DNA from: Mytilus californianus
Lineage: Eukaryota
Direction: 5' to 3'
NCBI RefSeq assembly: GCF_021869535.1
Contig: NW_026262745.1
Coordinates: 48,298,001 to 48,362,000, forward strand
Length of the DNA: 64,000 nt
In this document: one piece after another, positions 40,784 through 51,373 of the stretch
How the letters are laid out: every line of letters begins with the position of its first letter
How positions within the stretch are numbered: position 1 is the first letter of the stretch
Position numbers and translations under genes: made by a program
Notes under the pieces: model-generated
Told to the model about the DNA's origin: nothing
What the model saw: only the letters and a program-made list of their open reading frames with translations
Databases searched by the model: none

Positions 40784-41164
40784 GCCGGATAAGAGAATGG
40801 GATTAAATTACATTGCTTAGTGAGGCTATTTGCTAGGCCCAAATTCTGCGGAATTTAACTATTTTTCATAAATGGGGCAAGTTTGCGGGCCTAATATTCA
40901 GCAGGATTTAAACCCTTTTCATAAACTTGTGGGATGAGTTGGTTCACGAGTGTGGCGAGTCAGTAGAAAGTTGGGGTGAGTTCGTCTGGAACGATTTGTC
41001 ATGGATTCGTCGAGTACAATCCATAATTGGTATAGAAACAGAAATAAGACCAATGTAAAATTTCATTCCTATCAGTATCAATCCATTTTCTTTTAATAGC
41101 TGCGGAACAGGCGTAGCTCTTCTAAATTGTACCGAAGTTATTTCATTAATTCAGTGAATCTTAC

Positions 41165-41251
41165 CAATTTTTTTAAATGAGCAGCTTGTTCTTTGTGAAA
41201 ATCAAGCTTATGAAGAGAAGTTGGACGGTGTTTGTCAACCCAAAGACTCAT
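41165..41251 (-). CDS. RFC3: RFC3 exon 1
   Basis: MSLWVDKHRPTSLHKLDFHKEQAAHLKKL|gtaag, with the RFC box WVDKxRP. The eight exons total 1068 nt (355 aa plus stop), and all splice phases are consistent. Confidence 0.97.
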
Positions 41252-42493
41252 TCTAAGACGTCTTAGATTGCTGTTGTCGTTTTTAAGTTTTCCCCGCGCA
41301 ATATTCTGGGTGAGAAAGGTTAATGGAAGCAAACGTAAGTTATACAGTTTTAAAACGCTTGAGTGATCTCAAGTGATAACTGTAAAAATAAAACAATGTC
41401 TGATTAAATATGAAAATTTTCCGGATAATAGCCAGTCGCATGATTTAAAAAGTGCACTATATTTTAAATTATATACCCCAAGGGGACATTCAAAATAATT
41501 TGAAAAAAATCACTGAAACGAGAATTGTATAACCAGGTATAACCTTGGAAAGAAAAAAATTCAGAGATTGACGCAATTTATCATTATATTCAGATTCGGC
41601 ACAAGCCACATAGTAATGAGGGGCCTGATGGGTTATTTTCGTTCTTCGTGATCGGCGCATTTTCGCTATCGTGATCCGTTTTTCTACAGATTTTTTTTTT
41701 TTATATTTTCGTGATCCGTGATCATGGAAATTCATTTTCTGTGAATCGTGATTGACAAAAAAATCAACTCGTGAATCGTGATGAGACCTCCCCATCAGGC
41801 CCCTCAGTAATAAGTATGTATATAATCTACAATATACATGAGCTTAAAAGCTCTTACAACCGGCTATATTAACGTATAACACAAAAACATCACAATAATC
41901 ATAGTTCCATCTAAGGAAACTTGAGTAGACATAAGCACAAAAATAATAGCACACATGAGCATCGAATGAAAAAAAAATGTGATCTGCATTTTCCAATTTA
42001 TTTATTGATCAAATCATATATTATGAATCCTGGATATTCAGTTCTTTTGCAATTGTTTTCAGGATAAACCACGATATATATGCTACACCGATCAAAGGCT
42101 GCTATAAAGCGGAAGCTGGACGGCTTGGAATTTGCCAGTACTTTCTAGGGGGGGGGATTATTTTACGCAAACAATCGGTAATGATAGAAACCGGGCCTTG
42201 TTGGTCCTATCGTCAATAAACCCACATTCTATTCAGACTGAATGAAACTGTGTTTCTATACAGCAATTCCCCGATACCGGCTGCTCTCCAGGGTCTTGCT
42301 GTCAGACTTTAAAAACTCAGTATTGCATAATGCCGTCACATTCTTACGGACGTATATTTAAATAGATTCTGTTTAAACAACATATGATTGTATATGTATA
42401 TAGTCTCGGTTGATAAGCATTACAACTTTAAATTATCAGTTTTTAAATCGGACATATTTCATTTGACCCGATCTATATACCAGTTTGATAAAT
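41252..42493. promoter_or_regulatory. Divergent RFC3 / LITAF-1 upstream region (putative shared promoter)
   Basis: The start codons face away from each other 1.24 kb apart. TSS positions cannot be read from sequence. Confidence 0.5.
41618..41805. mobile_element. MITE, GAG...CTC termini, 6-bp TSD
   Basis: AGTAAT|GAGGGGCCTGATGGG...CCCCATCAGGCCCCTC|AGTAAT, with internal TCGTGAT repeats. Confidence 0.8.
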
Positions 42494-42641
42494 ATGGAAA
42501 AGGGATCTCCATACCCACAGCAGGCGCCTCAACAACAATATGGTCAGCCTCCACAACAGTATGGTCAGCCTCCACAACAGTATGGCCAGCCTCCACAACA
42601 GTATGGTCAGCCTCCAAACCAGTACGGCCAGCCTCCACCAG
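42494..42641 (+). CDS. LITAF: LITAF-domain gene 1, coding exon 1 (Q/P/Y-rich; symbol is family-level)
   Basis: MEKGSPYPQQAPQ(QQYGQPP)4NQYGQPPP|gtaag, phase 1. Confidence 0.88.
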
Positions 42642-43657
42642 GTAAGTGCTCAGTCTTTATATATTCATTTTCCATTTTAATTTTTTACATTAATGTTCAA
42701 CTTAAATTGTAAACTGTTATTTTATATTTTATGAAACATGTAAGACATGTCTTCAAATAACCACTGTATAACAGTTACAACAGAAAAGTAAATATTGAGA
42801 GGTGAAAAAGTGAGAAGGACAGGAATTTAAAATATGCTCTCTCTCTCTCTCTAAAAATCTCTTTTAATGAGTTGCATTCATTCTCAATTACTACGCAATT
42901 ATTTTTAAACTACACCTTTTTGTAAATCTTCTTCAAGAATGTTCATGTCTAGAGTCAGTCGACATATTAATTATTAAAGTTTAGTTAAATATTCAAGTTT
43001 CAAGTTACAAGTAAATCGTTCATCGCAGTCATTTATATATAATCTTACAGATATACATATTACATATAGTAATACAATAGATTATATACGTAATAATAGT
43101 TAGCTTGTCTCCGTAAAAAAAAAAAAAAAAACTCGAAGGCAAAAGTGGGATTGTGATCCACACCGACCAAACGCAAAATTCTTTACTATATTTAAAGAAC
43201 AAAAACAAATTGAACAGTGAACGGCATGATGAGAAAAGTCTCCAAAATAAACCACTATAATTGATAACATTAATTATGATCTATGGCTACAAAAGAATGC
43301 AAATTGATGACGACAAAGAAATGAAATTATATATTTATTAAGTGTTATATTTTTACAATGAATTACTTAACGTTATCAAATATCACTTGTCGAACAAGTA
43401 GCACTGGTCATGTGTGAATATTTTTTAACGAAAGAAAGGCACAAAAATCATGCATATTTAGATAAAAAAAGAACAAAAAGATCCCAAATGCAAAATAATT
43501 CAGAATTGGAAAACTATATCCAAACGCAACGTATATCGTAATAACATTAGATAAACACATGTATGATATCAAAATAGGAGATGGTATATATGATTGCCAA
43601 CGAGAAAACTATCCAGGACAGGTTGCTTACTGTACGGTATGGGTTTTGCTCATTGTC

Positions 43658-43853
43658 GAGCCTCCTCATGGGGTTTTTGATTATGTGATTACTTGGCCGT
43701 TTTTATAGTGATTATTTGATTACCAGACCAAATACTTGGACAGTATTTTTGATTATTTGATTATCTTGTTTAAAAAATAATCAATGATTATGTGATTATA
43801 TTGGCAAAAAAATTGTGATTATGTGATTAATGGACACCCCCATGAGGGGCCTC
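43658..43853. mobile_element. MITE, GAG...CTC termini, 6-bp TSD, inserted in a SINE tail
   Basis: ATTGTC|GAGCCTCCTCATGGGG...CCCCATGAGGGGCCTC|ATTGTC, with internal GATTAT repeats. Confidence 0.8.
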
Positions 43854-44116
43854 ATTGTCGAAGGCCACATGGTGACCTATAGTTGTGTACATCCTCGCCG
43901 TCCTTAGGTAACTGTTGGATAGTTGTCTCATTGACATTCATACCACATTTCCTTATGTTCATACTGAGAGCTCTCACTCTGCTTCATTTGTTAACGTCAA
44001 ACACACACACACACACACACACACGCACACCCACACACACACCCACACGAACGACACAATGTCGTAAATATTATGATAATAAGTATCAAGATTTTTACAT
44101 TTCAATATATTCACAG

Positions 44117-44315
44117 CTTACGGTGGTGGGCAGCAGCAGCAGCAGTCGTCAACAGTGGTGGTTGGACAGCCACAGACTTTGGTGTTACAACAAACATTCA
44201 GAGATGCACCAGTACGTCTAACGTGTCCATCATGTAACGCAGATATAATGACAGCAATTTCATTTGAAGTAGGAACGATGGCTTGGGTAGTGGCTGGCTG
44301 TCTCTGTATATTTGG
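44117..44315 (+). CDS. LITAF: LITAF-domain gene 1, exon 2
   Basis: cag|(A)YGGGQQQQQSSTVVVGQPQTLVLQQTFRDAPVRLTCPSCNADIMTAISFEVGTMAWVVAGCLCIF(G)|gt. First CxxC plus the hydrophobic stretch. Confidence 0.93.
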
Positions 44316-44699
44316 GTATGCTATTTTGTATTAATAACACACCACATTGTTCTCCCATCAAAATGCTTCAAAAGGAAAATTTTCAAAGTAAATGTCTGAC
44401 AAAAATGGGATAAAGATGAGTAGAATGAACGTTGACATCGCCAAAATATACTTTTTTCAAAAATGCTTAGTACTGAACAGTATATACAAAAACTTACAAG
44501 TAATGAACATTTGTAACTTACTGACGTCACAATCAATTTCAAATGTAGCATTTTTGTGAAAACAGTCGCTTATTCTTGTTATTTACCTAGCTATTAGAAG
44601 TAAATACAAGTAAATTGTATGTTTGATACAATCAATGTCAATCGTGTTGTATCAGCTATCTGTGATGATATCGATACAAGACCTAGCCAATAGAATTCA

Positions 44700-45460
44700 A
44701 CGCTGACATTGTTGAAAAAGAGTCCAGATGAACATGCCAGACAGATATGTACACCATACCATCATTCCATACACCAAATATAGTGCACTTTTTTGTGTAT
44801 AGTACATGAGAAACGGACCTTACCATGAGAACTAAACATTAACAAATGAACCATGGAAATGCGATAAACTCTGTCAGACAAACATGTACATCTTCCAATC
44901 ATTCCATACACCTTGAAATATTGAACTAATGAGCATAGAACTTATGAGAGTGGACTAAATCACAAAAACTTAGTATTGACCAATGAACCATGAAAATGAG
45001 GTCACGATAAAACGACAGACGGACATGTACAATCATCCCATACACGAAATATAGTTGACCTACGTACTGCTTATAATATCTGAGATACAGGCTTCGCCAC
45101 GCAATTGAACTTAACCTTGATAAAAAATCCATAAAATGAGGTCAAGGTAAGGCGAACCTTGTCTGACGGACATGTAAACCTATCAAGGGTTCCATATATA
45201 TTATCCTATTACTCATAATAATAGTCCGAGATTGCTCTGAAGTCTGAAAACAATTTTAAGACCGTCTGGGGCCGTGTCTAGCAAGCACAAAACACAAAAA
45301 AAAGGCCGCCAGACGCCTGAACTATCTAAGACTATCATAACAATGAAAAATATAGATTTTTTTTAGCAGTCTCTGAACCATGAAAACGCGGTCAAGGATA
45401 ATTGACATGTAACAGACAGAAACTTCGTAACATAAGGCATTTATGCGCATGTTATGAAGG
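44700..45460 (-). mobile_element. Degenerate HINE-like element of the 150-bp repeat family
   Basis: Diverged copies of TTGACCAATGAACCATGAAAATGAGGTC and CATTCCATACACCAAATATAG. Confidence 0.65.
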
Positions 45461-45975
45461 TCTGCTACCCTCTGTAATATAAATCATTTTACAAATATAC
45501 TAGTCAACAAAAGTAACGATACACAAGTTTGAACTCCAATTTATCATAAAATATAATAAATAGGAAAAACTGTTGAATTATCCAATGAAAAACATTCATT
45601 TGCAAAGCAAATGCATATGATTAAAAGAATCTGCCCAAATTGGAAAGTGCGAAAATACCGTGTTATTGAACACAGGGGTCAAATTTATTTTGAGGAAAAT
45701 GATGACAAAAGTCGGCACTTAATTTCGAAGATGAAAATTAAGTATTCAAATATCTGCAAAGGCATTCAAAATTTTAAGCAGACCATGTTTAAGTTTAAAG
45801 TTTTAAGTTCTAATATCGATTTTTGATTTTTTTTTGGTGAAAATACGATTTTTGAAATAACAAAAATTGCAAAAAAAAAAAAAAATCGCGTATTTGCCTT
45901 CAATCAATGGTTTTGATAAGAAAATAACATTCTGTAAATATTAGACCAATTGGGCAATTATTTACCTTGGTACAG

Positions 45976-46128
45976 CAGGGGCGGGTCCAGCCATTTATAA
46001 AAAAGGGGGGGAGGGTTTCCTAACCCAAGATAAAGGGGGTTCCAACTGTATGTCCCCATTCAAATGCATTGATCGTCAAAAAAAAGGGGGGTTCCAACCC
46101 CAAGACCCCCTTACTGGATCCGCCACTG
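45976..46128. mobile_element. MITE with CAGGGGCGG-type TIR
   Basis: GTACAG|CAGGGGCGGGTCCAG...CTGGATCCGCCACTG|GTACAG. This is a 6-bp direct repeat, or an 8-bp one with one mismatch if the TIR is read 1 nt shorter. Confidence 0.75.
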
Positions 46129-46474
46129 GTACAGTGTATCCAATTTTATTATATATGGAAAATACATTGCCTTGTATCGTTTCTTTTGTTGACTAGTATA
46201 GTTGACGCTGTCGCCTCCACCGCCGCCGGATTATCATCTCTATATATCGCATTCTGCGAGTTTCGTCGGTAGCGAGAGAAAAAAATTACAAAATAAAAAA
46301 AAACACTGCTCACATAATGAGAATAAAAAATAACACTAAGGTTAGGCGCACATATCTAAATATACTTATAGGGTGCATTTGATTACTATGTACCCGAGGT
46401 TACCTATGGTTACCCATTATGGTATGTATGGTTGAACATCGTACAATCAATCATTTGTCTGTTTTTGCTTGTAG

Positions 46475-46583
46475 GTTATGGCTCGGATGTTGCCTGATTC
46501 CTTTCTGTATTGACGGCTGTAAGGATGTTGTTCACACTTGTCCAAACTGTAACCACATGGTTGGAAAGTTTAACAGAATGTGA
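46475..46583 (+). CDS. LITAF: LITAF-domain gene 1, exon 3 (last)
   Basis: tag|[35 protein letters not shown], with the HxCxxC knuckle. The gene totals 456 nt (151 aa). Confidence 0.94.
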
Positions 46584-47338
46584 TAGAAATTACTTTTTTA
46601 AAACCGCACCAGAGCATGTTTATATATATATATATATAGATAATTAAGAAACATTATGTAACTGGGATGTGTTTTTTCTGAATTTATTTATATATGATAT
46701 GAGTAAAAATTCAAATTTTGTAGACGTTTTCCTGTACATATAGTCTCTTTGCCTCTGAATCTAACATATTATGTTATAATGTACACGTTCTGTCTAATGG
46801 GTCCATCAAATATGTTATAACATATAATAATTTTTGTATTATATGTTGATGTTTACTATTCATAATTTCATTGTACAACTTGATAATCAATATAATTGCA
46901 ATGCATCAGTGATTCAAGCAGTATAAATATACCACTGAAAGTTCATCATATGATTAGATTCCGAGTATTGAAAAAGACTGCATTGAACTTTTAAAGACGC
47001 ACCGAGCTTCTGTTGTCTGTAATTGGTTGGTAGATGTTTTGTCGAGTCACGTGTTGATTGTTTTTTAACCAAAAGCCGTAGAACTATATACGGTAGCTTT
47101 ATTACTGGCAATGTGAAGGTATTCCTGTACGTTGTCATGTGAACGACTTGTAAAAATGACAATGTAATTTCTGATATTTAATTAAATGACGAACATACAA
47201 TGGCAATCTAATTAGAATTCAGATCTATCACAATTCGCGTGCTCGTATTATAAGCTCATATGAAGATAGCGAAATCAGAAATCTATTTTTTAATTAGATT
47301 TATACAATAGTGCATTTATACTGTTTGTACATTTGGGT

Positions 47339-47343
<5 letters not shown>

Positions 47344-47392
<49 letters not shown>
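47344..47392. repeat. (GA)n microsatellite
   Basis: Direct reading. Confidence 0.95.
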
Positions 47393-47393
<1 letters not shown>

Positions 47394-48007
47394 ATGAGCA
47401 TAAGAATGCAAAAGCCGTTCATAAGTTAATATGTGGAAACATACAGCATTTCATGTTGAACCTGTTTGACCCTTTCGGGTTATATGTTTTTTTAAAGTTT
47501 TAATCTACATTTTGTCATCCTGTTCTTAAGAGTCGAGATAACACGAGAAGATACCATTGAAAAAATACAACAACTTTAAATAACTTGGGCAATTTTCCAA
47601 AATAAAAGGTTGACTACAATGGAATTTGTTCAACCGATTCACAAATTATCAACTTTAAAATGTAAATGAATATTTATATTTAGACTTAATCATTGAATAT
47701 ATATGGTATCCGTATGTCCATCGTTTAAATGTATTTTCTAAGCATAATTTAGGGCCGTTTTTTTTCTATCTCATTTTATTTCTTTATGTATTAACTTTAT
47801 AATATATGTATGTTCTTATGTGGTAGAAAATGTTGTTTTATTCATTTTATTATTTACTTTTTAACCATGTGTTATAATTTGGCAGAAAACATATCCCTTT
47901 TTAAGACTCTGGTTCAATTTGTGACAAAACCTGTCCACTGCATGATCTAGCACAAATTCGAATGCATGTAAATTCGAAATAATTATATATAAACTTATTC
48001 AAACAGA

Positions 48008-48540
48008 CAATAAAATTGAGAATGGAAACGGGGAATGTGTCAAAGAGACAACAACCCGACCAAAGAGCAGAAAACAGCCAAAGGCCACCAATGGGTCGTC
48101 AACACAGCGAGAAAATTCCGCACCTGGAGGCAGGCTTCAGCTGGCCCCTAAATAAAAATTTGTACTAGTTCAGAGAAAATGGGCGTTACACTAGTCTCCG
48201 AAACATATAGATGAACCAAAATTAAAAAAAACAAAGGAGACTAACAAAGGTCAGAGGTTCCTGACTTGAGACAGGCGCAAAAATGCGGCGAGGTTAAACA
48301 TGTTTTGTGAGATTTCAACCCTACCCACATACCTCTAGCCAATGTAGGATAAACCAACACATAGCAATACGCACAGTAATACTCAATTTAAAGAAAGTCC
48401 GAGTCCGATATAAGAAGAAACTAAGCAAAATGACAATGATAACATAAATTAACAAAGGACTACTAGCATGCAGTTGCTGACATGCCAGCTCCAGACCCAA
48501 ATTAGACTTATTGAAAGATTATGTCTTCATTATATGAAAG
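48008..48540 (-). mobile_element. SINE-like repeat, second family
   Basis: Homologous to 10191-10570, 13985-14125, 60860-60990 and 8455-8500. Shares the CATGTTTAACC.CGCC.CATT...GCCTGTC.CAAGTCAGGA.CCT core with 35262-35820. Confidence 0.65.
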
Positions 48541-48694
48541 TATATGTAACTATTTCTGACTTTTTGTTATATTTTGTAATAAATATAGAATTCAACTCTT
48601 TTCCTGATTTGTTTATATGGTAAACAATAAATGAATGAACGATTTTTTTGCTTAAACGCTCAGTGACAAGTATTTCAGTCATATTCAGGAAGAG

Positions 48695-48928
48695 GTCAAA
48701 GATTTCAATGCTAGGATCGTCAGTATACACAGAACAAACTGTCAGAATTTAAAGTCAAAGATTTCAATGCTAGTACCGTCAGTATACGCAGAACCAACTG
48801 TCAGAATTTGAAGTCAAAGATTGCAAGCTAGGATCGTCAGTATACACAGAACCAACTGTCAGAATTTGATGTCAAAGATGTCAATGCTAGGATCGTCAGT
48901 ATACACAGAACCAACTGTCAGAATTTGA
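48695..48928. repeat. 58-59-bp tandem repeat x4
   Basis: Units start at 48695, 48754, 48813 and 48871 (GTCAAAGATTTCAATGCTAGGATCGTCAGTATACACAGAACCAACTGTCAGAATTT). Confidence 0.92.
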
Positions 48929-48950
48929 AAGATGTGATTACATATTATTA

Positions 48951-49016
48951 GTTACATAGTGTGCTAGTGACCTAATACGATATATATCGTATTAGGTCAC
49001 TAGCACACTATGTAAC
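48951..49016. repeat. Perfect 66-bp spacer-less palindrome
   Basis: GTTACATAGTGTGCTAGTGACCTAATACGATAT|ATATCGTATTAGGTCACTAGCACACTATGTAAC equals its own reverse complement. Confidence 0.93.
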
Positions 49017-51306
49017 GAATTTATCTTACAATGTACCGACTATCTTAACATGTGGTATTTAGACTAGTGGCCTATCAAAGTGATTAAGTCTTCAATACCG
49101 TTAGTATTAAGAACCTACTTCCATTGGTCTATACAAAAACAAATGCCAACAATAACAACTGTAACGTTAGCTTTAAATGTGTTTTATGAATTTATTTCAA
49201 TCGTTCATCATCAATTTCTTCGTCTGTTGAAACCTTTAAGATTTTTCCTTAACACATTGTTGTTTTTATAAAGAGACGTAACACCACTACTAACCGTGTA
49301 TTGAAATAAGCCCCGCCTACTAACCCAATATGGAATATACTCGGTCTCCACGCGGTTACTTTTAACCAATCATATTCCTAGAAATGTATAGGAGGTAAGA
49401 TAAACTCATTTATCATAGCAAGGTACAGAGGATGAGGTCTGTTAAGTTAAGAATGGAAACTACAGGTTGTGAAGACATTTTGAATGGAGAGGTATCCATG
49501 GACGACAGAAAAAGCTGTAAGGTCATATGAGGACAAGATGTTAACGTAAAACGAGCAGAAAAGAGATAAAAGTAAACCAAATATTGATGGATAAACCTTA
49601 AATGCCTGCACGTTATCGTATTCAGGACAAGAACATGTCACGTAGATGTCTGCTTTCTTATTTATTTTGCTCCAAACCACATTACCAAAACCTATATATA
49701 TCAGCCACTCAGGGATAAAAACCCACAAAAATTAAATTACATTCATAAAAATCTAGACATTCATCAAAATTATTCTTGCTAAAAAATATTATACAGTTGT
49801 TACAGTACACTATATATAGAATAACATGCTGTTTATTTTTTTAAATTTATACGAAATGAAAGCAAGTGACCATTACAGTTTGAATGAAGCGCGTAATGCT
49901 TATACTTATAAATTTTCAAAATTAAAAATATATATATTGAATCTGAACACAAAACTACGACAGAAATTATTTAGTCACGAAGATGAAAGTAGCATTGTTG
50001 ACATCAAAAAAACCTTTCTGGGAATGAGACAGTTAGGTAAGTGGATGTGGTTCAGTAACCCTTAAAACATGTGATTCTGGAAATGAGACCGGATAGGCCT
50101 ATACATGTAGACTAGGGGTGTTGGGTGGTTAACTCTGAACACATCTATCTTAGAATGAGGCAGGATAGATACGTAGCTGTGTGGGAAACACTTATTACAT
50201 CCCTGTAGTTTATCATATGTATAACAATCATAATTATGGCTTTTTTGTGGGCTATTGAATCCAGATCAATATAGATAGGTAATTATTAAAATTCATATTG
50301 ATAAGGTCATATAAATTGGTATTTGTATTTTTGAAATTTGTCTTATTCATTTGCATCGGACCTTCAAACTTCATGCACTTCATACAAAAACTATAAAGAT
50401 TGCCAATACAGCCTCTCCTTTAGAGTTTTCATCAATATTAATATATGACCACAGGCCTTACCAAAAAATATATTTTGCTACAAGATGGCTTATTCAACAA
50501 TGTTAATGTCTGTAAGAGTTTGGTCTCGCTTCATAACTAACTTTTCCAAAAAACTATGAGTAAAATTACTATTTTATGTCGAATATGCCAAAATCGACAT
50601 GTTTAGGACATTGTAGTGGGACATGAAAAGATCATGATGGAGGTACAACATTTCTAAAAGGAAGTTGATGAACATCGAATATATTAAAAAAAAAAGCTTG
50701 TGCTTAATAAATGCAAAAGTAGTATACCGCTGTTCAATATACTTAGCCTGTTGATATGAAATTATGCCATTCTATACTCTAATAAAAATGGCTGCACTTC
50801 ACAACTTTTTTTGCTTTTTAAAATAAATTGTTTGATTTCTTGATTTCTTATAAAAGAAAGTTTCTTCCAATAGGGAAGTGAAAAAAAAAACAACCTTTGT
50901 TTCTATTGAAAACTAGGGCAAAAATAATTATGACATTGAGTTTCAAAATGTTTTCCTGTTCCTGTATGTTATTTGAAAATAAAAGTAGAACACAAAGGTT
51001 TGTCCCGAGAAAAAAAAATATGAATCCTCAACAAATGAAAGGTCAGTTCCTTATACCCTCAAATTAGTATTTATCTTAACAAATTAATGTTGAATTTAAA
51101 TGCCTACAAAATGAAGTATTTTCAAGGAGCAACATGGAAAAATAATATCAAGACAACTGAATCACTCAAACATTTTAAACATTTAATACGTGACCTTAAA
51201 ACTGACCTTAACTGTAGCACCTACGTAACGTCGAGATAAGATAAACTTTATTGTTTAAACTAAAAGGAGAAAAAAAGGAACTACAGTTGGGATTTAAGCT
51301 TAAACT

Positions 51307-51373
51307 ATGGAAAAAGGATCACCATACCCACAACAGCAGCCACCACCCCAACAGTACAATCAACCCCCACCAG
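51307..51373 (+). CDS. LITAF: LITAF-domain gene 2, coding exon 1
   Basis: MEKGSPYPQQQPPPQQYNQPPP|gtaag, phase 1. Not in the ORF track because it is too short. Confidence 0.88.

Noticed and set aside
42388-42645. Alternative-frame ORF with ASTTVWS repeats
   Set aside because: It is the shifted frame of the LITAF-1 heptad exon; it starts from a non-ATG codon and has no compatible downstream exon evidence.
49447-49728. 93-aa minus-strand ORF
   Set aside because: Non-ATG start, no recognisable domain, no splice support.
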